DNA of 64,000 nucleotides from Candidatus Hydrogenedentota bacterium (GTDB lineage Bacteria; Hydrogenedentota; Hydrogenedentia; Hydrogenedentales; JAEUWI01): NCBI GenBank assembly GCA_034669905.1, contig JAXMOL010000005.1, positions 11,709 to 75,708 of the forward strand, read 5' to 3'. Shown piece by piece: positions 9,799 to 18,091 of this stretch (position 1 is its first letter; each line of letters starts with the position of its first letter). The notes under the pieces were generated by a model. It saw only the letters and a program-made list of their open reading frames with translations, ran no database searches and was not told where the DNA came from. The position numbers and the translations under genes were made by a program.

Positions 9799-10176
9799 AT
9801 GGCAACGATACTGATTGCAACAATGGACAGCACCGACTACTCCACCCTTTCGGCAGAAATTGAAGGCGAAGGGCACGACGTGTTGTGGGCCAGCAATGGC
9901 CAGGAAGCGATTGAACTGACCCTGGCGCATCAGCCTGCCGTTGCCTTTATCGACACCAATTTGACGCTCTTCAATGGCTTTGAAGTGGCCGAAATACTTC
10001 GCGGCGATCCGGACGTCCCCCGGGACATGCCCCTACTGGCATTCACCGATGAAGCCATCGAGCCCCATCGTTTCGATGCGGTCGGCTTTACCGAGCAGTT
10101 CCCCAAAACCCACGCCTATCAGGCGGTACGCGAGTTGATGAGCCGTTTTGCCGACCGGGGTACGCCCACCACCTGA
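9799..10176 (+). CDS. Single-domain response-regulator receiver (CheY-like) protein.
   Basis: RBS GGGAGG 5 nt before ATG 9799. 'ILIATMDSTDY' acidic pocket, 'VAFIDTNLTLFNGFE' phospho-acceptor Asp region, 'LLAFTDE' with Thr, and a later Lys in 'FPKTHAY'. The longer ORF from 9673 adds a non-receiver N-terminus. Confidence 0.5.
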   Translation: MATILIATMDSTDYSTLSAEIEGEGHDVLWASNGQEAIELTLAHQPAVAFIDTNLTLFNGFEVAEILRGDPDVPRDMPLLAFTDEAIEPHRFDAVGFTEQFPKTHAYQAVRELMSRFADRGTPTT

Positions 10177-10217
10177 GTTCGTCCCCCCCTTCGCGGCACC
10201 CAACGTGGACGGCGCGC

Positions 10218-12167
10218 TCAGGGCCCGAAATTCCGGGTTACCTGTGACTTGCCAGACAGAATCTCCCCTATGCGATCGCGCATGGCACGGCGCATGGCCA
10301 CGCCGGCATCGGTGACGTCAAACCCTTCCGCCCCGGCTCCCGGGAAGAAGCCCGCCGGCGGGGATAGCTCCTTGCGGGCCACCCGCTCCCAGAAGATCTG
10401 CAGGTACTCATAGTCCTCCAGGCCGTCCCGAAACGCAAACAGACGGCGGGTGGGCAGCGGGTGATTCACGCCCATCGCAATGAGGGCCCCCGGCCCGGGG
10501 GCATTCAGCGCGGGCCCCAACACGCCGTGAAAGCCCAAGGTCCAGCAGCGCCATGCCAGGGCCCGGGCCGACCTGCCCTGGCCAGCCTGCCACACGGTAT
10601 AGCCATCGTCCGTACCATCCAGCCAGGGAGCATGAGATGGAACGGCCGTCTCCTGCGTCTCCAGCGTGGGATTGTTAAACAGGATCTCCGCAACCGCGGG
10701 AAGCGCGGCACCATCAGGCCGCCCATCGAAGCGCAGGCGCACCGCCAGACACTCCCGGGGATATCGGAAGGTACCTTGCACGACGCTATTCCCCAGCGGG
10801 CTGGCTTCGGACTGAGCCTCCCAGGATACCGTTGCGACAGTAAATTCGCCCGGCACATAGGCCGTCTCCACCTGGACACCCTCCCACGATGCACCGGGAA
10901 GCGTCAGCACGGTCAGCTGGGCCAGCCGAACATGGGCGCGAAAGCTGATCTCCAGCCACGGGTAGGGCACTTCCTCCGATGCGTCCGCCTGCCAATACGT
11001 TACTTCACTGCCGTCCACGGTTTCAGAAGCGAGGGTCTGATAGGTGGCTGTCTTGTCCAGCGTGCCCGCACTTCCGATACACAGTCCGACGTCCTGCTGC
11101 TCGTATTGTTTCAGGGATTGACCAGAACGCAGGCGTCCCAATACCGCGGGATCGGTAGCGACCGGAAGGGCCCAGATATCGGCATACCGTTCAAAATAAG
11201 GGTGGGCCGGAGCTGCCAGTATGCGTTGAACGTGCGCATCTGCCCGGGCGAATCGGGCATAACCCTGGCGCACCGAATTCCACGTCGTTCGCGGGCCCAC
11301 ATCCATGGGCTGGGCAACCCGTTTCAGCGCCCCGGCGACGGCCGGCAGGCGGGCCTGGGTCTTGTACAACTGAAGCTGCAGACCATCCTGGGGTTCGGTG
11401 GCGCTTGCTTCGGGAAATTGGTCCAACAAGATACCGGGCTTTCCCCCCACGTCAACCAGGCCCGGTGCCCCCGTCGCGGCCACGTAGTTCAGATGGGCCT
11501 GTAAGTCCGCTTCATCCGCAAGGGTCCCGTCGGAATGGGTATCAAACCAGACCCGGTAGCCAATACCCAGGCTCTGCAACGTGTCGTAGACCGGGATCCA
11601 GGCATCCAAATCGCCAAACGAGAGTCCATAGGTCGCGGCCAGGGCCTGCAGGTCCAGGTCGAAGAGCGTCGCGAGACTGTGGGCCTCCGGCAAGACAACG
11701 TCATAAACAACCAAAGGGAAGTCACTGCTAAGCACGGCCCCATCTTCAAACTCCAGACGCAGGTCCGCACGGTAGTCCCCCGGCACCGCGTCTACGGGCA
11801 CCTCGAGCTGAAGGACAATTTCGAAGGAAACACCCGCTGGAATACCCACCGCTTCCAGGGGCACCAGCGCATCGGTGACCTGGGGCGCGCCAGGAAGTAA
11901 ATCCTCTGCAGTGGCCCCACGGTACCATGTGGCCATCGGACCCGATTTTCCCTTCCATTGGAGGGTCCAGGAGACCAACTTCCGCTCCTTATCGACACTC
12001 GGAATGCGTAGCGTAATCATTTCAAACTCACTGGCGGCGGCCGCAGGCGTTATACCGGAACCGGCCTCGTCTAAGGAGAGCGAGCCGGAGCGGAGATAGT
12101 CTTCGGACAACACGAGCGAAGCGCCCGAGAAGCAAAGTAAGAGTGAGAATGCCGTTGACCCGAGCAT
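10218..12167 (-). CDS. Secreted hypothetical protein (649 aa).
   Basis: Signal peptide 'MLGSTAFSLLLCFSGASLVLS'. Coding-like codon usage. No family motif recognised. Confidence 0.5.
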   Translation of the reverse strand: MLGSTAFSLLLCFSGASLVLSEDYLRSGSLSLDEAGSGITPAAAASEFEMITLRIPSVDKERKLVSWTLQWKGKSGPMATWYRGATAEDLLPGAPQVTDALVPLEAVGIPAGVSFEIVLQLEVPVDAVPGDYRADLRLEFEDGAVLSSDFPLVVYDVVLPEAHSLATLFDLDLQALAATYGLSFGDLDAWIPVYDTLQSLGIGYRVWFDTHSDGTLADEADLQAHLNYVAATGAPGLVDVGGKPGILLDQFPEASATEPQDGLQLQLYKTQARLPAVAGALKRVAQPMDVGPRTTWNSVRQGYARFARADAHVQRILAAPAHPYFERYADIWALPVATDPAVLGRLRSGQSLKQYEQQDVGLCIGSAGTLDKTATYQTLASETVDGSEVTYWQADASEEVPYPWLEISFRAHVRLAQLTVLTLPGASWEGVQVETAYVPGEFTVATVSWEAQSEASPLGNSVVQGTFRYPRECLAVRLRFDGRPDGAALPAVAEILFNNPTLETQETAVPSHAPWLDGTDDGYTVWQAGQGRSARALAWRCWTLGFHGVLGPALNAPGPGALIAMGVNHPLPTRRLFAFRDGLEDYEYLQIFWERVARKELSPPAGFFPGAGAEGFDVTDAGVAMRRAMRDRIGEILSGKSQVTRNFGP

Positions 12168-12193
12168 AGCGGTGAGAATCCCTGGATAGTCTA

Positions 12194-12232
12194 GATAAAA
12201 CGATAGCCGAGGACACCGTGTCCTCGGCTATA
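12194..12232 (-). terminator. Rho-independent terminator of the DUF1559 gene (minus strand).
   Basis: Perfect 13-bp inverted repeat 'atagccgaggaca-ccg-tgtcctcggctat' (12203-12231), followed on the minus strand by a T-run (A4 at 12197-12200 on the + strand). Confidence 0.75.
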
Positions 12233-12268
12233 GGGTACACCAAACAGTGATGTTGTGCTTAATTCAAC

Positions 12269-13285
12269 TTAGAAGAGCGAAACCAGTACGCCAAAGGCGC
12301 GGGTGGTCGGGAAAGAAGAAGGATACTTCTGGAATTCCACGTGCCCATCCATGAACAGCCAATTGGAGCCACCGGGGATGTGGTTGTAATCCACCGTGTC
12401 CAGGCTGACCAAGTCGCCAAGGACCGGAATGGTACTCTGCGCCTGGCTCGAACCAGCCGGGTTGTTAATATCCGTGATGAAGAAGCGCTCAATGCCTTCA
12501 CGGGTACGCTGAATCTCGATGCCAGAATTGTCAATGTTATCGTCGTAGGCGTTCTCGAAGTTGACAGGATCCGCGGACCAAGCCGTTATATTCGCCGTAA
12601 CCGTGTTCTGGATGGCGGCCACGAAGCCCGCCTGGATATAGGGACCTACTGCGGCCGGACCGGCCGGAATGGCTCCATCATTGGGATCCACACCGTCCAC
12701 CAGATAATCCTGGCCCCCTCTGCCACTCATGGCCCATCCGAGGTAGAGATAGGATTCTGCCGTCAGCCCGCAGGGGTCAACCGTACCCTCAAGGGGAAGA
12801 CCGGCTTCTTGTTCAAACCAATAGCCCGCGCCACCAAGTACTTCGGCACCACCGCCGTCCGACGGGCACACCATGGTATTCACATCGGTGAGGTATTCCG
12901 GATAGACCGAGGGACCGTCAAAAACGAATTCCGTGTCCGGGGAGTTTCCTGCAGGCTGTCCCAGTCCGGGAGGTGCCGGATTGGGGTATTGACATTCGAG
13001 ATCGTTGGGCCGACCATAGTCTGCGGTCGTACCACCGCCCGCCGGCGAACTGATTACCCAGGACTGGCGTTGGGCCATCGGGGGAAACTTTTCGCCCTTG
13101 GACTCGTTGGCGTACATCTTAAAGACCACGCCAAGCTGTTTGAGATTGTTTTGGCAGCTGGCGCGACGGGCCGCTTCACGGGCACGGGCCAGCGCTGGGA
13201 GTAGGATCGCGGCGAGGATGCCAATGATCGCGATAACAACCAGCAACTCTATGAGGGTGAAACCTTGTTTTTTCATCGTATTCAA
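12269..13285 (-). CDS. Prepilin-type N-terminal cleavage/methylation domain protein of the DUF1559 (H-X9-DG) family.
   Basis: N-terminus '[29 protein letters not shown]' is the type IV pilin-like methylation motif. C-terminus '[17 protein letters not shown]' is the H-x(9,10)-DG motif characteristic of DUF1559, abundant in Planctomycetota and other PVC genomes. Confidence 0.85.
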   Translation of the reverse strand: MNTMKKQGFTLIELLVVIAIIGILAAILLPALARAREAARRASCQNNLKQLGVVFKMYANESKGEKFPPMAQRQSWVISSPAGGGTTADYGRPNDLECQYPNPAPPGLGQPAGNSPDTEFVFDGPSVYPEYLTDVNTMVCPSDGGGAEVLGGAGYWFEQEAGLPLEGTVDPCGLTAESYLYLGWAMSGRGGQDYLVDGVDPNDGAIPAGPAAVGPYIQAGFVAAIQNTVTANITAWSADPVNFENAYDDNIDNSGIEIQRTREGIERFFITDINNPAGSSQAQSTIPVLGDLVSLDTVDYNHIPGGSNWLFMDGHVEFQKYPSSFPTTRAFGVLVSLF

Positions 13286-13722
13286 AGCCTCCTAAGCCTT
13301 ACAAAGATGAATGCGGTTTACAAACTGTCTAATCGAAAATCTCTGAATTTGATAGGTCCGACACAATCTCCTTTCGCCGCACTGCGGCTTCGCGAACGAC
13401 AGCCAAAACCACGCGGTACTGCTTCCTGATGTAATAAGAACACTACTTAACGGACGGTATATGCTAACGGTGCAGTCCGCGATAACTTATTCAATGTATC
13501 CCAGGTAGTAGGTTTTGTCAACGGAATAATATGGTCTATTATCACTATTATCACTAAAACGCATGAGATGTGCCAAATGACACCTGGTGTCTATCTTTCT
13601 GCCAAGAAATCTTCACACGATTCTACATCTTGTCCGCTTAGTGTCCCAATAACGTCACCTTTGCCCGTCTGCCCCGAGGAACGGACCGGCCCCACCCTCC
13701 CTGGGCACGGGCCTTCCAAAGG

Positions 13723-14121
13723 CTAGTCTCCGCCCCCTATCGAAACCCAGACGCGGCGACGGCGAGGGCCGTCAAACTCACAAAAATAGATTGATTGCCA
13801 GGTGCCGAACTGAAGGCGTCCGTCCCGAATAAAGACCATCTCGGAGAATCCCATCATACTCGCCTTCACATGGGCGGCAGCGTTGCCTTCTGCATGGGCA
13901 TAGCCCCCCTCCCACGGCACCGCCCGCTCCAGGATGAGCTCCATATCGGCCACCACATCCGGGTCGGCATTTTCATTGATCGTAATGCCGGCTGTCGTGT
14001 GCGGCACAAATAACTGCACCACGCCGTTGCGAATGCCCGACGCATCCACGCAGCGTTGCACGGCCGCGTCGATGTTAATAAAGGCCGTATGTTCGTGTGA
14101 AATTACTTCCAGTTCGGTCAT
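13723..14121 (-). CDS. yjbQ: YjbQ/UPF0047 family protein (secondary thiamine-phosphate synthase-like).
   Basis: 'VQLFVPHTTAGITINENADPDV' and 'WEGGYAHAEGNAAAHVKASMMG' match the conserved YjbQ core; size 132 aa. Confidence 0.75.
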   Translation of the reverse strand: MTELEVISHEHTAFINIDAAVQRCVDASGIRNGVVQLFVPHTTAGITINENADPDVVADMELILERAVPWEGGYAHAEGNAAAHVKASMMGFSEMVFIRDGRLQFGTWQSIYFCEFDGPRRRRVWVSIGGGD

Positions 14122-14128
14122 GGCAGTC

Positions 14129-15823
14129 TTAGAGCTCCATCTGATTCAAATTGCGTAGTCCCAGCCGCATGGGGAGCCAGGTGCACAGAAGACCCAGCGC
14201 CGTGATGGCCAGGACGGCAAATCCGAGGGCCATCTGAAATTGCTGTTCACTGTGGAAGAGACCCAGCACCTTCCACTGGAGTACCAGGACCTGGAGGGTC
14301 ACCAGGCAAATCACGAATGCCACGCTGGATAAGAGATTTAAGGTGCCCCCCATGCCCGAAACGATACGGGCCGGGTTATCTTCGGTAAACGTTGGGTACA
14401 AGGCCCCGAAGCCCACGGCCATCCCTGAGAGTCCCAGATTCGCCACGAGGACACTGTAGACCGTCAACACATAGTGAAGGGGTTGCAGCGCCAGCATGTA
14501 GCCGGAAAGCAAGGCCAGACCCACGGTAAAGCAGGACGTGAGCGACACACTCAGCCAGAATTTCTGCCAGATAAGCTGCCGAAAGGTCAGGGGGGCCAGT
14601 CCCAGGATCCAGATGCGCCGCCCTTCCAGACTAATCAGGGGGAAAACGAATCGGCTCGTAAGGGTGGCCACGATAAGTGTTACGGCCCCCACATTCAGAC
14701 AGGCAATCCACCCCCGCCAGAACTCATTTTCATAGAGCCGTGTCGTATTTCGAATGTTCGCAATGTAAATGGCCATGATGCCGAAGAAAATAGCAAACTG
14801 CGACCATTGGGTTGGGTCCCGCCAGAAGAGCTTGATGTCTTTTTGAAACAGGGCCCGATAGGGTTCTTTCACGGGCCGAAGTGCAGCGCCCAACCAGGCC
14901 AGCGGTCCCTTATCCATGGGCTTGATGCGCTGTTTGTCTTGTCCCATGAGATAGGACCAGCCCGAATAGAAAACCAGGTCGGCCAGCCGCCCTGTGAGAA
15001 ACACAACAAAAAGGGCGGTGGACAACAACATGGCAAACCAGAAGAGGGCTTCGGAGAAATTTCCGTCTCCCGCCACGCGGAGCCCTTGTGCGGCCCAGTG
15101 ACTGGGCAGAAAGGGGGACTGGGTGCTGTCCATGGCCTGCAGGATAGCGGGCATGGTGGTCGACTCCGAGAAGCGGGCCTCCCGGATTACGGAGCGGATG
15201 TAGGCGAAAAAGGAAAGGACGGCGGCACCGCCCAACAGGGCAATGGTGGGGGTATTCATCCGTGGGAAAAACCGTACGAGCACCATCGTAGTGGCCGCAC
15301 CCATGCATGCGGGGATAATGACAAACGGCAAGAAGTACAGCACTATAGCCACGTAGAATATGGCGTTGGCCTGGGTGTTCCACGCATATGCCACCATCAT
15401 CGGAGACCCGAGATAGGCCAGAGACCAGGAGCTGAAAGACACACTCTCGATGAAGCGGGCGTAGAAGAAATCCGTGTAGCTGATCGGACCCTGCAGGAGA
15501 TAGCTCACCTCTTTGGAACGATAGAGGGTGGAAAAAGCGACGAGGGTATTGGAAAAAACGAGGAGGATAAAAATAGACAGGGCGAAGATATTGAGACTTT
15601 GTCGCAAGAGGGCCTTGCCGAATACGAACTCACCACCCCCCTGCCCACCAAAGTAAATCAGCCAACCGAACCCTTTATTGAAGAGGAAGAGTGCCGCAAA
15701 CCAGAGGGCCAATGCGGCAACGGTCAGCACGGCCACCTTCAGTTTGGACTGATGCCGTACCGAGGCGATCTGATGCCCGGCAATTCGGGCTTTCATTAGA
15801 ATGACTACCCCGACCTGGTTCAT
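14129..15823 (-). CDS. Polytopic membrane protein, putative ABC-transporter permease partner of the upstream ATPase.
   Basis: At least 10 hydrophobic helices. Its start ATG overlaps the stop of the ATPase gene (ATGA at 15820-15823). Confidence 0.6.
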   Translation of the reverse strand: MNQVGVVILMKARIAGHQIASVRHQSKLKVAVLTVAALALWFAALFLFNKGFGWLIYFGGQGGGEFVFGKALLRQSLNIFALSIFILLVFSNTLVAFSTLYRSKEVSYLLQGPISYTDFFYARFIESVSFSSWSLAYLGSPMMVAYAWNTQANAIFYVAIVLYFLPFVIIPACMGAATTMVLVRFFPRMNTPTIALLGGAAVLSFFAYIRSVIREARFSESTTMPAILQAMDSTQSPFLPSHWAAQGLRVAGDGNFSEALFWFAMLLSTALFVVFLTGRLADLVFYSGWSYLMGQDKQRIKPMDKGPLAWLGAALRPVKEPYRALFQKDIKLFWRDPTQWSQFAIFFGIMAIYIANIRNTTRLYENEFWRGWIACLNVGAVTLIVATLTSRFVFPLISLEGRRIWILGLAPLTFRQLIWQKFWLSVSLTSCFTVGLALLSGYMLALQPLHYVLTVYSVLVANLGLSGMAVGFGALYPTFTEDNPARIVSGMGGTLNLLSSVAFVICLVTLQVLVLQWKVLGLFHSEQQFQMALGFAVLAITALGLLCTWLPMRLGLRNLNQMEL

Positions 15824-16563
15824 TGGGCTGGCACTTCTTCGTCGGTGCGGGTCAGGGTGAGGAAGATATCTTCCAACGAACCGGGTCGCTCGTGGAGCGC
15901 CTTGATTTCGTCCACACTCCCGAGCTGAAGGAGCTTGCCATGATTGATGATACCAATCTTATCGGCTACTTCCTCCGCGATACTGAGTGTGTGGGTCGAC
16001 ATGAAGACCGTAAGGCCTTCTGTACGGGTCTTCTCCTTCAGAAAATCCTTTACGAAGCGGATGTTCTTGGGATCCAGCCCCACCCAGGGTTCATCCACGA
16101 TGACCACCTTGGGGTCATGAAGAAAGCAGGAGGCAAAAGAGAGCTTCTGGCGCATCCCATGACTATAGTCTTCGACAAGCTGATCCCCCACATGGGCAAT
16201 CTCGAACATTTCGAGGAGTTCCTCGCAATGGGTCTGGTAGTAGTCTTCCGGCACCTGATAGAGCCCGGCGACAAAGCGCATGAACTCACGGCCCGTCAGC
16301 TTGTCATAGAGGAAGGGATGATCGGGCACATAACCCATCAGTTTTTTGGCGGCGACTGGATCCTCCTGCACATCGATCCCCCCCACCCGGACCGTCCCCG
16401 AACTGGGCCGAAGGAGGCCCGTCATCATCTTAATGGTCGTCGTCTTTCCGGCGCCATTGGGGCCGAGGAAGCAGAAAAAAGTACCCGACTCGATATCGAG
16501 ATCCAAGGGAGACACGGCAAGCTTTTCGCCGAAATGCTTGGTCAACTGCGTGGTTTGGATCAT
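15820..16563 (-). CDS. ABC transporter ATP-binding protein.
   Basis: Strong RBS AAGGAG 4-5 nt before ATG 16563. Walker A 'GPNGAGKTT', signature 'LSHGMRQKLSFA', Walker B 'VVIVDEP', H-loop 'MSTHTL'. Confidence 0.85.
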   Translation of the reverse strand: MIQTTQLTKHFGEKLAVSPLDLDIESGTFFCFLGPNGAGKTTTIKMMTGLLRPSSGTVRVGGIDVQEDPVAAKKLMGYVPDHPFLYDKLTGREFMRFVAGLYQVPEDYYQTHCEELLEMFEIAHVGDQLVEDYSHGMRQKLSFASCFLHDPKVVIVDEPWVGLDPKNIRFVKDFLKEKTRTEGLTVFMSTHTLSIAEEVADKIGIINHGKLLQLGSVDEIKALHERPGSLEDIFLTLTRTDEEVPAQ

Positions 16564-16609
16564 AGATCTCCTTCCGGCGCCCGGGTTCAATCCTTATCTA
16601 AACGACTGA

Positions 16610-18091
16610 CTACTCGCAGGCGATGACGTCCAATTCAATCTGACCAATGAAGGTAATGAGCTGAGCCCACGCACTGATGCTGCCGTTCAGCAACTTGATG
16701 TGGGTGGCGTCGGCGGCCTCCTGCCCCAGGGTGGGGTCCATGGGATACCACTGTTGGCCAAGATAGACTTCCGGCCAGGCATGATATCCGAAGCCGTTTA
16801 GGGTGTCGCTGTAGACCAGCCCAATCGCAATGCGTGTCGGAATGCCCACTGCACGGGCCAGCGCCGTGTAGAGCACCGTATGTTCGTTGCAGTCGCCCGT
16901 TCGTGTACGCAGCACATCCAGGGCATTGGGAACGCTCAGGACGGGAATCTTCTCGATTTCATCGTAGACCCATGTGTAAAGTAACCGGGCCTGTTTGGCG
17001 GGATCGCGCTCGTCGCCGACGATGGCCCGGGCCTCCGTCTGAATTGCGGGGTGGTCGGTCGCGACGAAGGCATCCGCCCCCAGGTAGGCGTCCAATTCGG
17101 CCCCATCCATGAAGGGGGCCTCGTCCGGCAAAGCGTCGGGCTGACGCATCGTCAGCCTGTCACCCTCTCGGATTTGCCAGGGCGGGTCATGGGGAAATTC
17201 TTCTTCGGGAACCCCCGTCACCCGCACGACGAGTCGCGTGGCATCAACATGGACCGGTGCTCCGGTTGGGTGGATAGCGAGCCCCTGTATCAGGTCGCTT
17301 TCGGAGCCCAGGTCTGCCGCATCGGCCAACTCTTTCGGATCAATCTTACGAAGCGTAAATCCAAAGGGCGTGCTGGCCTGAAGCACTTCCCCCGCAGCAT
17401 CTACCCAGGCTTCACTGGTCATGCTACCCAGGACCGTCTCATAGACCCGCGCATCCACAGGCTCGCCGCTGATTTCCAGGGTATCCAAGCGGGTACAGGT
17501 GATGGTCGCGTTGGCAATTTTCATCGAAACGGGGTCGAAGGACTCCACGGTGGTCGACTCGCCTACCTCCAGGACGGGCATACTATCAGAGGGCAATCCC
17601 ATACCACTGCCGAGCACGAGCCGGGAATCAATGGGAAGGTCTAAGGGTATCGCTTCCCCACCTGTGTCGAGAAAGCCCTTCAGGTGACCCTCCGACACCG
17701 TACCCCGCAGTCCCATATGGGTATCCGAGGCATCCATCGAAAAATCGAACTCCGCCCGCTCGCCCGATTGTGCGGTCCAGGCGTCACCCGAGATTTCCAT
17801 CCCGACGACGGTGCCAAAGAGCGCCGTCTCCAGCGAAGCGTCCAGCAGCATCCGATAGCCCGGCACATCGGCGCGCGTCGCTTCTTCGCTCCGCATGCGC
17901 AGGTAGCCGACCCGGCTGTCCCCGTTCAGATAGATCCCCATCCACTGGTCCCGGGGGACAAACGCCCCTTCCGCACCCGTGGCGCCGGGGGACGCAGGTC
18001 CCCCGAATTCCCGCTGAAGGAATAGTCCCATCATAACGAGCCAGAAGCCCGTTATGAGCAGCGCAATTATACGGCGTTGCGTCCGCAACAC
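16610..18091 (-). CDS. Membrane-anchored transglutaminase-like cysteine-protease-domain protein.
   Basis: N-terminal TM 'IIALLITGFWLVMMGLFL'. C-terminal Cys-His-Asp core 'TGDCNEHTVLYTALARAVGIPTRIAIG...GYHAWPEVYLGQQWYPMDPT'. GTG start at 18091 is uncertain and would overlap secA by 25 nt. Confidence 0.7.
   Translation of the reverse strand: MLRTQRRIIALLITGFWLVMMGLFLQREFGGPASPGATGAEGAFVPRDQWMGIYLNGDSRVGYLRMRSEEATRADVPGYRMLLDASLETALFGTVVGMEISGDAWTAQSGERAEFDFSMDASDTHMGLRGTVSEGHLKGFLDTGGEAIPLDLPIDSRLVLGSGMGLPSDSMPVLEVGESTTVESFDPVSMKIANATITCTRLDTLEISGEPVDARVYETVLGSMTSEAWVDAAGEVLQASTPFGFTLRKIDPKELADAADLGSESDLIQGLAIHPTGAPVHVDATRLVVRVTGVPEEEFPHDPPWQIREGDRLTMRQPDALPDEAPFMDGAELDAYLGADAFVATDHPAIQTEARAIVGDERDPAKQARLLYTWVYDEIEKIPVLSVPNALDVLRTRTGDCNEHTVLYTALARAVGIPTRIAIGLVYSDTLNGFGYHAWPEVYLGQQWYPMDPTLGQEAADATHIKLLNGSISAWAQLITFIGQIELDVIACE

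Noticed and set aside
10461-11504. 347-aa plus-strand ORF.
   Set aside because: Lies entirely antisense within the 649-aa secreted protein gene. Arg/Gly/Pro-rich and non-protein-like.
16583-16593. tRNA T-loop-like 'gggttcaatcc'.
   Set aside because: No complementary T-stem or acceptor stem around it. It lies in the RBS/start region of the ABC ATPase gene.
14474-16626. Long plus-strand ORFs (441 aa and 267 aa) opposite the ABC permease and ATPase.
   Set aside because: Antisense to genes with unambiguous Walker/ABC motifs and TM helices; composition is junk-like.
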